Below the pieces are notes generated by a model. That model searched no databases, was not told the DNA's origin, and saw only the letters and a program-made list of their open reading frames with translations. Of a stretch of 64,000 bases of DNA, positions 12,652-24,947 are shown in pieces. Positions within the stretch are counted from its first letter, which is position 1. Every line of letters begins with the position of its first letter. A program made the translations under genes and the position numbers. Origin of the DNA: Naegleria gruberi (Eukaryota); NCBI GenBank assembly GCA_000004985.1, contig GG738847.1. One strand, written 5' to 3'.

Positions 12652-13027
12652 TTTTAATAAAATTCAAATATTAAATAAAACTTTGAACAAAAAGTTTTTT
12701 ATTAATAGGCTCATCATCAATTCTTCTATTTTTATTTCAACAATTTTAAAATTGATGAAGAGTAAATAATAATATTCTTGGACAATGAAGTATCCATTTT
12801 CCTGATATTCTATTAATTTCATATCGTGTTGCAGTGTTAGATTGAAGTAAATTACATGTTCCGAAATATTGCTTTAAAAATTCATTTTAATTGAATGAAA
12901 AATTCAAAACAATTTAAATGATAGTTTTTTACATTATCATTCTAACATTTCCATCAATTCACAACCAAAATCAATAAACATTAATAAATATGAAACGATT
13001 TTTAATGATTTTTTAAAATAAAAAAAA

Positions 13028-14199
13028 ATGAAAACAAAGGAACATATTATGTTTGATTTGGAGATGCCATCTTCGTTAGAGAGTTTATCGGAGGCGGATA
13101 GGAAAAAATTATCTTCTTTCCAGAGAAGTAATTCAAGAGGAAATATTCAAACCTATGAAAAGATTGTGCCAATTTCTTTGAATGATGATTTGGTAATCGA
13201 TATTGATGATAATGCTGGTTCGTTGGAGTATTTGGAAATTGATTGTGGAAAAGGTAATTTTGATCATCTTGTTATTGATTGTTATTGATCTTTTTAGGTC
13301 TTGAAATTAATTATATAGAGAAGAATCCATTTGATGTATATAATGATGATAGCATTTCAGAGTATAGGTATCCAAAAGATTGTGATGTAAAAAAGAAGAA
13401 ATCAGCTAATGGTTCATCATCGAATGGACAAGTTTCTTCAGAGGATTCTTCAAGGCCTTCAAGTGCTGGCAGTAGTGGAAGCAGTAAGAGGATACGAGTA
13501 AATGCAAATCCACTCTGTGAAACAGTTTCTCATAATTTACAAATAGATACCATAGATACAGATTCTCTGAGAGATGGAATTCTTTGCCTAAGTGAAAGAA
13601 AGAGAAGAAAAAGAGCCATTCTCAATTTATCGACATTTAATGCAGAGGCTATGGTTATTGAAAAGATTTTACAGAGAAGAAAAACAGGGTTTGAGGACGA
13701 ATATGAATATTTGGTAAAACCAGAGAATTTTGAGGATACTGTTTGGGTTTCCGAAAGTGTTTGTAAAATTAAGGGAGTGAAAGCATGGGCTCTCTATCAA
13801 AAATGCACAGATTCTATACCTTCTTTTGAGAGCAAGGAGGAACAATTAATAGATGAAATATCAAAAGAAATTTGTGACTGTTTTGAAAATGATGGGATTT
13901 TGGATGCTTTAATTGATTTAGAAAAGGAGGAGAATGTAAATGCAATAATTCAATCTACATTTATGGATAATTTATTGATGAATTATTCTCAAGATTTGAG
14001 CACACTACGAAATGTAAAAACATCCATTGCTAGCTCTAAATTACCTGAAAAAATTAAGAAACACATAGACGAGAAAGTAGAACAATTTTTACAAATGTCA
14101 GCAATGAAATCTAAGCGTGATCCACTAGAAATTACCAAAAACGATATTGCACTGAGAAAGGAATTGGTGAAATTTGCAAATTATATCAACAAGCATTAA
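13028..14199 (+). CDS. Chromodomain-containing protein. Exons 13028..13253 and 13298..14199, joined by a 44-nt intron (GTAATT...TTTAG).
   Basis: Phase-1 splice verified against the frames of both ORFs. Chromodomain-like segment MVIEKILQRRKTGFEDEYEYLVKPENFEDTVWVSES. Nuclear localisation signal KRRKR. Confidence 0.6.
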
Positions 14200-15876
14200 A
14201 GTTTAATATAAATCTTCTTCCAGTACAATAAGAAGGCAATTGGAATGAAAATCAATTCAAACACAACACCATGTAAGAATGAGGCCAATTCCAAAGGTTT
14301 GATCCAACTTGCAAATAATGTCAAGAACTCTGCACTATAAAGATTACTTTGCTTTCCATTGTGAGGCACTGGAATCTTGAGCATTATGATAGCAACCAAA
14401 GTTGGAACACAATACATTATCAATGGATTTGAACCAATCCAAAGAAATGGTGCACTCCAATACTTTTTGAATTGGTGAATATCCACAATAAATGAAACAA
14501 TAGCCAAAAAGATACAAGCAATACCACTTGTAATCAAAGCAAATGAAGTTGTCCAGAGCTTTTTACCAATTGGTAGACCAGCATAATCAATAGCCAAAGC
14601 AGCCAAAATCATCAAAGATCCCATTATAAACCAATAATTGAGACGTTTGTGAGCATCCTTACCAGCAGCTCTAGCCACCTTAAAAGCTAAAATACCAACA
14701 AATGCATTAGTAACAGCAGAGAGACTGGACAAAAATCCCTCTGGATCATATGAATCTTGTAAATAAATGTGATCCCTAGAGAGAATTAATCGATCAATAT
14801 AACCCTCAGCAGTGCATCGAGGTTCATACAGTTCACCTCTCGTTCCACAACCATCACCTTCACCCTCCATAGGAACATATAATCCAAATGTGACTGTAAT
14901 GTAAATAGCTTGGAAGAGGACAACAATGAGAATTTGAACAAATGTCCAAGGAACCATGACAAGTATCAAGCTCACAATAAAGTAACAAATGGCAATTCTT
15001 TGAAAAACACCCATCACTCTCACATGTGTGAAATTAAACAAGTGAGCTAGAACTGAGAATGAAAATCCAATCAAGAACATGAGAATTGGTCTTCTAAATA
15101 ATTTGACCCATTTGCTTACAAATTCATACAGAGATTTCCTCATTGGTATCAGATACATGAATTTGATACTTTCTTCTTCCTTCTTTTCATTTTCATCCAT
15201 TAAATCTTGTTTCTTTCCACACAATTCTCTAAAATAGGATTGAATTGATAATTTAACATGACTTGGTGGATACAAGTAAACATCACTTGGCCACTCTCTG
15301 GAATAGACAATTGCAGCTGCATATCCCATCACAAATAAAAAGAATGGAAAGACACAATCACTACATGTTCACGTCCATTCAATCAATCAATTGATAGTAC
15401 ATGTAGATAGAAAATTTGAAAATAAATGTTTTTGCATTGAAATCGAATCCACACATTCCGAAAAGGAGAACATTCATAAAGTGAAATTTCAACATTTTCA
15501 TTGTGTTATCCAACAAGGACCATCAAAATGATGAGAGAAAGAATTGCACTGCTGTAACTTACGTTGGGGTAAATCCGAACCATTCAGCATGATCCAACGG
15601 GATAAAAGCTCTAGCTGGTTGATTATTCACAATAATCATCAACATGATGGTCATTCCTCTCATAATATCCAATGCAACCATACGTTCCTTTCTCGGTGGA
15701 GTATTGGTTGTGGTAATTTCTGCTGTTGTTACTGTTACTGCTGCTGATGATGATGGTGATGGATCTTCATTGTTATTTACTGCTGTTCCCGAAGACAGTA
15801 ATTGTTGAGCTTCAGAATTCTTTTCACTCGACTGCCATTTGAACAGTTTACGCAATTTGAGACCCAATTCACTCAT
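14196..15876 (-). CDS. HGSNAT: Heparan-alpha-glucosaminide N-acetyltransferase-like (HGSNAT/DUF1624) multi-pass membrane protein. Exons 15876..15563 and about 15360..14196, joined by an intron of about 200 nt.
   Basis: Exon 1 ends ...RMVALDIMRGMTIMLMIIVNN...HAEWFGFTPT|GTAAGT. Exon 2 restores ...DCVFPFFLFVMGYAAAIV, which aligns with human HGSNAT (RLRSVDTFRG...[25 protein letters not shown]). Many TM helices follow. Confidence 0.8.
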
Positions 15877-16036
15877 TTTTCTGTTGTTTGTGAATTGGTT
15901 ACTTGAGGGGTTCGTTGTGTTTGGATTGGGTTCCGAATTTATACCTTATCTTACTCGTTTGGTTGTTGTAATCAGAGTTCACAAACAACAACAAAATGTG
16001 AGAGCGGGCAGTATGGTTTATTAAAACAGAGGGATC

Positions 16037-17415
16037 TTATACACCTACTAATTTATACAATGATATCTTGTTATCCCATGTACCAACTGAGATGTAGTCT
16101 CCATCAGTGCTACTCACAACATCACAAGACAGAACAGAGTTGCTCAATCGTTCTGAGGCAAGCTGTCTAAAGCATGCATCAACTCCAGAGATGGTAAGCA
16201 TGCCTCCCTTTGCTCCTGAAATAATGTAATTTCCTTTAGGAGAGAATTTAGTGGTAAGAACACAATCAGAATGCTTAATGACATTGTGAGAATTTGATTG
16301 TGTCTTGTAAGTGACCAAATCTAATCCACCATCTTCCAATCCGTACACAATCAAATCTGAAGCAGGTGAGTTGGTGAGGGATAAAACTCTAGAGTTGGTT
16401 TGGAATTCTTGGAAACATTTACCTGAGTTAATGTCCCACATTTTAACTGTCTTATCCAATCCACCACTCATCAGAACTTTTCCTGAAGGATCAAGATCAA
16501 TGCTTGAGCATGGTGATGAGTGACCGTCGAATAATCTTACAAGTTGGCTCGATCTAAGATCCCACATTCCAATTGTTCCCTTTAGTAATGTTGCAAATAC
16601 TGTAGAGTCATCTCCAGCTAGAGATAGCGAATAGTTCACATTACTGTCTAGTGTAGATAAGGTTAACTTTTTCATTCCTCTAGTAAGATCGAAAAGATGA
16701 ATTCCAGCACCTTCTCCAGATACTACTATTGTGGTCTCATCTCTGAACAATTTACAAGATCTCACATATTGCAATGGAGAAAAGTCAATTGATTCTTTGT
16801 TCTTTCTCTCGGAAAGTGAGGAAACAATCTCAACCCTTCCCTTTCCACCTACAAAGACACGGAATCCATCTTTACTCATTGTCACACTAGATGCAGATGA
16901 ATCCAATGGAATTGATGTCAATAAGGTTAATTTCTCCTTTGGTTTATCAAGACTTTGATCTCTTGATTGTTGTTGCTCTGAAATTGTCACAGCTGTTGAT
17001 GACAAAGAATTAGATTTGCTGTGGGACGACTTGGATTTAATTCTATTCTCTATATCTCCTGCTGTAATATTATTCACATTATTTAGTTCTTGTTGATACA
17101 TATTTCGTTTCTATTATATTTGACAAGATTTATAATAATAGGAGGAGAGGAAACTTACATCTTCTGGTAATTCATTCAAAATTCGTTGTATCATGTTGGA
17201 AAGTCTATCATTCACTTCCGAAGCTATGTGATTATTAGTATTTAAAAAGTAAGACATTTCAAAGAACTATTAGAGTTTGATTAGGTTAAGGCTTTTTGAT
17301 TTAAACAAACCTTTTTTGATTGTTGTATCAGTTCTTCCTTTTCACTCCTCAGTCTTTCGTTTTCTATTTTGTACATATTAAGCTGACTATTCACAAATTC
17401 AAATTCATACTTCAT
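16037..17415 (-). CDS. WD40-repeat protein with an N-terminal coiled-coil. Three exons: 17415..17311, 17266..17159, 17110..16037. Introns 44 and 48 nt.
   Basis: Exon 1 encodes MKYEFEFVNSQLNMYKIENERLRSEKEELIQQSKK and ends at a GTTTGT donor. Exon 2 ends at a GTAAGT donor. Both acceptors are TAG. All lengths are phase-consistent. About 7 WD repeats (SGGLDKTVKMWD, DGHSSPCSSID and others). Confidence 0.65.
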
Positions 17416-17890
17416 CCTATCGCAAAACTCAAAGGCTGAAAATGCTTGCCCATTCTAATAACATGATGAAAAAAATCCACAATGATAATCACAGCCATGA
17501 TGGTGGTAGTATGATGATGAATAGAAAATTAGCGTGATCATGATAATGTTGATTAGTGAATGAAGGTGGTGTAAAAAATGAGGTTATTGTCGCCAGTCAA
17601 AATCAAAGCCTTAATATTTTTTACGTACCATTGCTGGGCGGGAATTAGATTGCAAATGTTGTTGGCTATTGCTTGCTGACATTTTTTTTGATGAGAACAC
17701 TTTGCAGCGATAATGGTTTTTCTCTCTCGAGTCATGACATGATGACTTGTTGAGGATTAAGCCTGTGGTCCACAAAATAACACTTATACAAAATAATCCC
17801 TTACCTGTTCTATCCAACACACATTTACACTTGTAATATTTACAATTGTTAGTGACAATGATAATTATTATAATAACAACAATAATAAAT

Positions 17891-20185
17891 TTATTTCCAA
17901 TTAGAGAGTGAAGAAGGGAAAATATTCATATCATTGTTATCAGTCATGGATGAGAGAACTCCCAACTCATCAAACGGTGTAGAAAATTTGAGTAATTGTC
18001 TTCCATGATAGGATTCCTTAATTCTTGATCGGTAGGATTTCATCACTGTAAAGAGAGCATTTCTCTGATTAGTATCACTTTGTTTTACCAATTCCATCAG
18101 AACAGAGGTTCCCTGCTCACTATTGATCAACATGAAAAAGTTATTGCTATTAAATTCTTTTGGACTATCTTCTGTTTCTAAGAATCTTCTCATCATTGGC
18201 ATTCTGGTTTCTGGAGTACGAACGAGGAATTGAATGATAAAGCATCCATGTTTATCCAATGCTAATTGCATGGCCTGTTGCCAAATGTCTTTCATTAAAC
18301 TGATTTTAGTTTCTTTGGAAACTAGATTGCAAGTGGATGCTGCAAAGGCAATATTTAAAACTTGTTGAATACAGAAAGCTCCATACTTGTCCTTAGATAA
18401 TTGAACTGTATGCTTGCTGAATTCATTCAATAATTCATCGAGGGAGAATGGTAAAGCAACTCCCTTTTTAGAATAGTGAACAATCATATTCAACACATAC
18501 TCAATTACCTTGGATGAATATCTTTGATAGGAGAGTAAAACTAGAGAGCCTCTCAATTCTTGAACTACTAAATCCAAATACTTGACATTATAGGTAGAGC
18601 AAAGGATTTGCTTCATGAAGAAAGTAGCATATCTATCTTGTGACATGGCCAAAAAGTGACCTTTACATTCAACAAGGAACGAATCAATTTCCTCTGGTTT
18701 GGCAGCAATGAATAATTGATTTACAACATGTGAAGCAGATGGTCCCAGCGATGAAATTAACAAATGTCCCTTGAAGGCATCAATAATCAACCTCTTTTGA
18801 GAGGATGATGCATACTTGAGAGTTTGAGTAATAAAGCAAGCTCCATGAGTGTCCTTACTTAAATTGACATAGTCGATTTTTGATAGTTTCCCAAGTAGTA
18901 TTGTTCTAGTTTCAGAAAATTTAACAAATTTTTCTAAAACTCTACATGGTTGATTCAATGCTAATAGCTCTTGAATGGAGTCTGTTTCAATAAGCTCATT
19001 CAACAATTGCTTTCTATGTTCCATATTACTTCCCCTAGCAATGGCATCAATAATGTACTGAGCGAATGCATCTCGAATGCACTTTGATAATGAACCCTTA
19101 AGTTCAGAAAGGATCATATCAGCTCTAGGATCATTCTCATTTGTAAATAATTCATAAATTCTCTCGCAAATCATGGAACCACCAGCAGTAAATACTAGGT
19201 CCTTAATACTACCCTTCAAAGATTTATCGAAAATTATTTTCGATTGTTTTGGTGAGCAGACCATCAAAAGGTGATATACTATAAATTTTCCGTAAACGTG
19301 TGAATTTAACTCTTCCAAGTGAGGTAAAACCTCCTCAAAAACCATATCTACATCCTCAGTAGTGTGTCCAATCACATGTTTTTTCAAAACTGATGCCACT
19401 TCCTGTGAAGCAGGAGTTCCAGTTAAGGCATATTCATGTTCAACAAACCACAACCCATTCTCTGATTGTTCCAACTTGCTGGAAGAGCTTGGATCTTTTT
19501 TCGTAATTTCCCTAGCTTTATCAGATCCTTTTGCAATCCAAACTTTTCTTCGTTGTAAACTATTTGAAATAAAAGCAGAACCAAACTTGTCCATTGCAAA
19601 AGCATAAATATGTCCTTTCAGTTCCGAAAGTGTGAGCATTGAACGTGCATGTTTGTCCATACCCAAATAGAAATCCTTTAGTTTTGAATCCTGAATATTG
19701 TTGGCGTGAGCAATGAGTCCCTGTTTTTGATAGAGACTATTCTCATGATCTTCAATACTATCTTCTGATGAAAGTAATTGTTTCTTTTCCAAGGCAAGTG
19801 CTTTTGAGAAACCTGGTTTTTTCTGTTTTTGTTTTATATGTTGTTGCTGCTGTTGTTGAGTATCACGATGATATTCAACATGATCGGAATCAACTTTAAC
19901 CATCAAATTACCTTCACCATCTCTTTTAAAATTAGGTGGTAAACTCGACAGTAAGTGTTCATCAAAGAATTCATCTTCATTTGGGAAGAATGCATCATAT
20001 TCAGTTGTGAATGGAAGATGACTTGTATCATCGTTGTGTGGTGTGAGTAGTGTCGAATTCACTCTGGAAAGATGTCTCTTCCCTCCGAATGAAGAACAAT
20101 TCGATGTTCCGAATATTGTGATGAAGGCTTGTTTTTTGCAAGTGGATAAACAACTAGACAATGATAATTTCCTCAAACCAATCAT
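17891..20185 (-). CDS. Pumilio-family (PUF) RNA-binding protein.
   Basis: 764 aa, ATG start. Repeated Puf-like units (GHIYAFAMDKFGSAFISNSLQ, DKYGAFCIQQVL, DKHGCFIIQFLV). N-terminal poly-Q region. Confidence 0.75.
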   Translation of the reverse strand: MIGLRKLSLSSCLSTCKKQAFITIFGTSNCSSFGGKRHLSRVNSTLLTPHNDDTSHLPFTTEYDAFFPNEDEFFDEHLLSSLPPNFKRDGEGNLMVKVDSDHVEYHRDTQQQQQQHIKQKQKKPGFSKALALEKKQLLSSEDSIEDHENSLYQKQGLIAHANNIQDSKLKDFYLGMDKHARSMLTLSELKGHIYAFAMDKFGSAFISNSLQRRKVWIAKGSDKAREITKKDPSSSSKLEQSENGLWFVEHEYALTGTPASQEVASVLKKHVIGHTTEDVDMVFEEVLPHLEELNSHVYGKFIVYHLLMVCSPKQSKIIFDKSLKGSIKDLVFTAGGSMICERIYELFTNENDPRADMILSELKGSLSKCIRDAFAQYIIDAIARGSNMEHRKQLLNELIETDSIQELLALNQPCRVLEKFVKFSETRTILLGKLSKIDYVNLSKDTHGACFITQTLKYASSSQKRLIIDAFKGHLLISSLGPSASHVVNQLFIAAKPEEIDSFLVECKGHFLAMSQDRYATFFMKQILCSTYNVKYLDLVVQELRGSLVLLSYQRYSSKVIEYVLNMIVHYSKKGVALPFSLDELLNEFSKHTVQLSKDKYGAFCIQQVLNIAFAASTCNLVSKETKISLMKDIWQQAMQLALDKHGCFIIQFLVRTPETRMPMMRRFLETEDSPKEFNSNNFFMLINSEQGTSVLMELVKQSDTNQRNALFTVMKSYRSRIKESYHGRQLLKFSTPFDELGVLSSMTDNNDMNIFPSSLSNWK

Positions 20186-20318
20186 TTCTCTCTATTTTTG
20201 TGTTATTCTCTTTTTTTTGATTGAATTTCTTGTTGTTCAACAATTAATTGCTGCATCACGAAGAGGGAGAGAATGAAATAATTGAGAGAATTGAATATAA
20301 TGATAATTGAATAAATTT

Positions 20319-21179
20319 TTACTTTTGACTTCCTAGGTTTTTCATAATTACATTATCTGTGCATCTCATTAATTCCTTATCAGAGGCAATACATTCGTAG
20401 AAACCAACTGAATCTTCTCTATTGAAACATTGTTGAAGTTGTTCTGCACACATGACACTAGCAGTACATGTTGAGAAATTGACTCTATTTATGAGTGCAT
20501 CACTATCAAACCATTGTTCCAAGTTTCGTTCCGGAAGACAATGTTGAGCTACGAGATGATTCATTTGTTGAGCTATATTAGGATTGAGTGGATTCTTCTC
20601 ATCGACATTGAGGGTAGGTCCAAAGTTTTCCAAACTAAATTCAGATAATTTGTACCACTTATCAAAGGCTTGTTGTGGATTCAAGTGTAAAATTTGTTCA
20701 ATCTTTCTTCCCATTAGAGCAATTCTTTCATGATTCTTTGAGAGGAAAAATCCAACATTTCTGCTTGGTTTTTCCTTGAATACTTGATCCAAACTCTTAT
20801 CTTTAATAGATTCTCCATCGAACAAATCTGTAATTTTCTTTTGTGTTTCATCATCATTATTTGTTTTAAAAACTTCTTCCGAAACCTTATCAAGTTGAAC
20901 TAAATCCAAATCCAAAATATTTTTCTTATTAGCATTTGGTGTTTTGGAGGTTTCTATTGGTGAATCAAATTCTCTATTTACAAAATTACTCATACATGTA
21001 TTATAGAGGGAAACAAGTACAGTATGTTTGAAGGTATTTTGAGGTTCGTTAATTCTAACAGACTCGGCCATCATTAATTGTTTGTTACATGTAAAATTCT
21101 TATACACGGAGGCGAATAAGGTCTTGAAGAGAATACGAGGTACGAATGTATCGGAAGGTTCAAAGTTATTGTTTGACAT
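20319..21179 (-). CDS. Hypothetical protein, 286 aa.
   Basis: Continuous ORF with an ATG start. No family recognised. Confidence 0.4.
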   Translation of the reverse strand: MSNNNFEPSDTFVPRILFKTLFASVYKNFTCNKQLMMAESVRINEPQNTFKHTVLVSLYNTCMSNFVNREFDSPIETSKTPNANKKNILDLDLVQLDKVSEEVFKTNNDDETQKKITDLFDGESIKDKSLDQVFKEKPSRNVGFFLSKNHERIALMGRKIEQILHLNPQQAFDKWYKLSEFSLENFGPTLNVDEKNPLNPNIAQQMNHLVAQHCLPERNLEQWFDSDALINRVNFSTCTASVMCAEQLQQCFNREDSVGFYECIASDKELMRCTDNVIMKNLGSQK

Positions 21180-21474
21180 TTTTTAATTATTATTATTTGT
21201 GATGATGATCACACAAGTCAATCAATTTTTAATTAGCCGAATTTACCATCATCAAATACTAAATTACAGTATTATTATTATATATTTAAATAACACAAGT
21301 AAACAAATTGATGAATCTATTCTTATTAATAGTTCGGAAAAGAAATTCCGATATCAAGTAAGGAATTAATATTTGAACAAAATTTTGGTTAAATTTAGAT
21401 TAATTCAAAGTGAAAAGAATTCATTCACACATTCTCGGACTCTAACAAGATAACAACAATATTAGTAAACAACA

Positions 21475-22323
21475 ATGAGGGATCACTGCACTCCACTGAG
21501 TTACCTCCTCGACAAGTACCAACACAATTTATATCTTGATACGACTCAGCATCACCATCATAGCTTTCATTCACCTTTTCATCATAGAAAACATCATCAA
21601 ACCATTAATAATAATAATAACAACATTGAATTGAATGATAGTAAAGGAGATGCTGGCCATTCACTTCATTCAACTTTTGATTCAACCCGAACATTAAATC
21701 ATCATCAACAAGATGAAACTATAACAACTCATGAAAAACCAACATTATCTACATACAAATATAAGAGCAATGGCATGAGAAGTATTCCTATTCAGGAACA
21801 ACAACAACATGATCATGCTTCCGAAACTAACAAGAAAAAAGAAGAATTACTCACCGATTACATGAAGAGAAATCAATTGAGGATGGTAGAGGCAAAATCT
21901 AATGGAAATTGTCTCTTCAATTCAATTTCTCTTGCATTATTCGATGGTGAACATAAGAATTTCCAATTGAGACAGTTGTGTGTTGATTGGATTGAGGAAA
22001 ATTTGGATTCGATAGTGAAAGATGGAATTAAGATTAGAGATTTGATATTTCTACGGGAAGATCAATCAAATATTTCAGATTATTTGCATGATATGAGACA
22101 GGAAAAGGAATGGGCTGATTATTGTTGTCTTAATGCTCTTGCAAATTTATTGGAATGTGAATTGGAAGTTGTTTATGTAAATTATCAGGAAAATGAATGG
22201 ATTGTAAAGTCGGAAATTCAGGTTGAGCCAATTAATCGACCAACAGGGCTGCTACTAACGAAAATAAGATTAATGTATATTGAAGATTTGAAACATTACA
22301 ATTTATTAATTAAATGTAAATAA
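21475..22323 (+). CDS. OTU-domain cysteine protease (deubiquitinase-like).
   Basis: Catalytic Cys motif SNGNCLFNSISLAL. His-rich and Asn-rich low-complexity N-terminus. Confidence 0.75.
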   Translation: MRDHCTPLSYLLDKYQHNLYLDTTQHHHHSFHSPFHHRKHHQTINNNNNNIELNDSKGDAGHSLHSTFDSTRTLNHHQQDETITTHEKPTLSTYKYKSNGMRSIPIQEQQQHDHASETNKKKEELLTDYMKRNQLRMVEAKSNGNCLFNSISLALFDGEHKNFQLRQLCVDWIEENLDSIVKDGIKIRDLIFLREDQSNISDYLHDMRQEKEWADYCCLNALANLLECELEVVYVNYQENEWIVKSEIQVEPINRPTGLLLTKIRLMYIEDLKHYNLLIKCK

Positions 22324-22727
22324 TTTCGCTTACAATAATTTTCAAAAATTATGTTATAACAGACGTAGTGATAGGTTCAAACATACCAAACTTGGACAAT
22401 GTTCAACCGCTTTTGATTGCAGATTTGTCCTCTCCAAGAAAGGAGAGATTTGGCCAATCCTTTAATTCCAACAGACATAGACGAAACCTTGAAATTAAAC
22501 ACGTTTTCGACTACCATACAATCAATTGCAAAGTGTTGTTTTGATGTTGGTAATGCAAAATCTCAATCCTCTGTATTTGAACCAACAGGAACCAAGTTCA
22601 TTTATCATCCAACCACTTTCCTTGATTGGATAGCCATTATGCCGCATAATCCAGCTCGTTTTTGCTCTTGCTGACAGGTGTCAACAACTCAAAGGTTTTC
22701 AAAGCCAAAAAAAACAACATCAGAATC

Positions 22728-24947
22728 ATGTCCATATTACCATTAGGAAAGTCAAAGAGTCTGTTTGTTGGTTCGTTGTGGTTGACCTGCTTGACCTGCA
22801 TCTTCATTCTTCTAGTTTCGTCCACGCATGTGTTTGCGAAAGTTCATCAACAATTCATGCTTCAAGCAGATAACAACACGACAACCACCTCCCAAAACAC
22901 CAATAATCAAACTATCCTCCAATTAATTCCTCCTCCTGATGTTTCCCTCACAGATTACAACGTTACAGAATTTATTATTCTACTTTCTAATGTGACCAAT
23001 AATCTAACATTGGCTCAAAACAAAATTGTTCTTACCAATTACACCAAAATCCATCCTTCAATCATTGTAACTTTGAGAAGCTTATTTATTCTTTTTAATA
23101 TTTGGCTTTTAGTTTCGGCAGTCATGTTCAGAAATTATGAACCTGTCAAATCAAAGTTTTTCTTTGTAATTGTATTAATTAGTGTCAATATTATTGCTCA
23201 TAGTCAGGGAGTTATTGAAAATCTTCCGATTATGAGGTTGTATTTTGAAAGTTATTGGAATAAGTTTATAAACGAAAGGAGACTAAACTCTATTGATGCT
23301 CAAACTTTTTACATGAATAATTTGGATTCGAAAGGATTTCCAACATGGATGAGAGGATATGCCTCTTTTGAAAACGGCTATTGTTTCTTCAATAGTTACG
23401 TTCTGGCCCCTTTGGTAGTTATGGGATTGGCATTATATTCGATTCAGATTCTTAAACTAATGTTACTACTCTTTCTGAAGGATAAAATTGAATCGGTCGA
23501 AAGATATTGGCAAGATTTCAAACAGAAACAATTAGAGAAACTCAAAAATATGAAAAAACAAGAAACGAATCAAACTGATCTGAAAACTCCAAAATCTATT
23601 GCAGATCAAGATCCAACAAATTCCACAAGTCAATCATCACTTAGACCTTCAATAACTACAAGTAATGAAATATCAATTACAGACGATACTCTCTCATCAA
23701 TTGATGTGGATGGTTCAGATGATGAAGTTATTTCACTAGATGTATTATCTGAAAGAGGACGATTCCTAAACCTTTTAAAGATTATTATCAGATATAAGGT
23801 TATTGAAATATCATACATTATCTTTTGGGGAATTGTAACTTATATTGCATTGAGTGCGAGAATATTTCTCTCCCCTGCAGATACACTCATTGAACCAATT
23901 TTTAATTCTTCATGGAAATCATTAGAAACTTATTGCAATTATACGGCTAGAGTTGATAATAATTTATATACCTTGATAATTTCTGCTATATTATTCTTAA
24001 TAGTTCCAATATTTCTCACAGTTGACTGTTTCGTTTCCCTTATAAAATATTTCAGACTAAGAAGGGAAAATAAGGAAAAGGGAATCAAGACTGAGAATTT
24101 CCTTGTGTATCACTTTTATGAAACAGATCCATTTGTATACAGATCAGAATCTTTACTTCGTTTCATATTTGACGTTATTGCTTTAATTATTTACTTGGTT
24201 CTTAGCTCAACGATCAATACTGATGGTACAGTGGGAGGAACAATTTCATCACTTGTAATTACAATTTTACTTCACTTTTTTGGAGGAACTTTCAGTAATC
24301 CTGGTGTGACCATTTACAAAACCTATCACAATTTCATTCGCATGAAGAAGAAGAGTAAGAATGCACTCATGCCCTCTCAACAAATTCAAAATCTTCAAGA
24401 GTTAATGTCCTCTCCAGTGAGTTCCTTCTCAATTGATTATGTCATTTCACGAAGAGTGGAAAGAGAATTTTTCCATGAATTTCTTAAAAAGGAATTCTCA
24501 GTGGAAAATTTACTTTTCGCTGAAGATTTACAAAAATTGAGAAATATTAATGAAAGACATGCAAGATCCAAAGTTTCCAAAGTCAAGGAAATGGTCAAAC
24601 TATACCTTTCAGATAATAGTTCAGTTTTTGAAGTGAATATTCCATCAAAAATCATTCATGCAGAATTGAAAGATTTTAGAGAGCTCACTCAATTAATGAA
24701 TCAACATGGAATTCAATTAAACAGCATTCCAAAAAGTATCAAGGAAAAGAGCTCAACAAGATATTTTCCTCAAATAGATTCCACCATTGAAGATCAAGTT
24801 CGAAAGCTCATTGAAAATTTGTCAAAATCTGACGTTTTCTCAACACTCAACATTGAAATTTACAAAAATTTGATGGATTCTTTCTATAGATTTAAACATT
24901 CTAGAAAGTGGATTGAATTTGTCAAGACAAATAAGGTTCAAATTTAA
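22728..24947 (+). CDS. Seven-transmembrane receptor fused to a C-terminal RGS domain (7TM-RGS, architecture as in plant AtRGS1).
   Basis: First ATG in frame at 22728 (the ORF caller started at an upstream TTG). Signal-peptide-like N-terminus MSILPLGKSKSLFVGSLWLTCLTCIFILLVSSTHVFA. Seven hydrophobic helices. Then FFHEFLKKEFSVENLLFAEDLQKLRNI, which matches the RGS consensus. Confidence 0.7.
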   Translation: MSILPLGKSKSLFVGSLWLTCLTCIFILLVSSTHVFAKVHQQFMLQADNNTTTTSQNTNNQTILQLIPPPDVSLTDYNVTEFIILLSNVTNNLTLAQNKIVLTNYTKIHPSIIVTLRSLFILFNIWLLVSAVMFRNYEPVKSKFFFVIVLISVNIIAHSQGVIENLPIMRLYFESYWNKFINERRLNSIDAQTFYMNNLDSKGFPTWMRGYASFENGYCFFNSYVLAPLVVMGLALYSIQILKLMLLLFLKDKIESVERYWQDFKQKQLEKLKNMKKQETNQTDLKTPKSIADQDPTNSTSQSSLRPSITTSNEISITDDTLSSIDVDGSDDEVISLDVLSERGRFLNLLKIIIRYKVIEISYIIFWGIVTYIALSARIFLSPADTLIEPIFNSSWKSLETYCNYTARVDNNLYTLIISAILFLIVPIFLTVDCFVSLIKYFRLRRENKEKGIKTENFLVYHFYETDPFVYRSESLLRFIFDVIALIIYLVLSSTINTDGTVGGTISSLVITILLHFFGGTFSNPGVTIYKTYHNFIRMKKKSKNALMPSQQIQNLQELMSSPVSSFSIDYVISRRVEREFFHEFLKKEFSVENLLFAEDLQKLRNINERHARSKVSKVKEMVKLYLSDNSSVFEVNIPSKIIHAELKDFRELTQLMNQHGIQLNSIPKSIKEKSSTRYFPQIDSTIEDQVRKLIENLSKSDVFSTLNIEIYKNLMDSFYRFKHSRKWIEFVKTNKVQI

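Noticed and set aside
17416-17890. ATGATGA/CTGA-like box elements and small ORFs 17553..17735 and 17611..17820 between the WD40 and PUF genes, considered as a C/D snoRNA or a small gene.
   Set aside because: There is no convincing C-D box pairing with terminal stem on either strand. The ORFs are short with low-complexity products in a promoter/3' UTR spacer.
22417-22674. ORF 22417..22674 as a 5' exon of the 7TM-RGS gene.
   Set aside because: There is no donor or acceptor pair giving a consistent phase. The 7TM-RGS protein already begins with a canonical signal peptide at the ATG at 22728.
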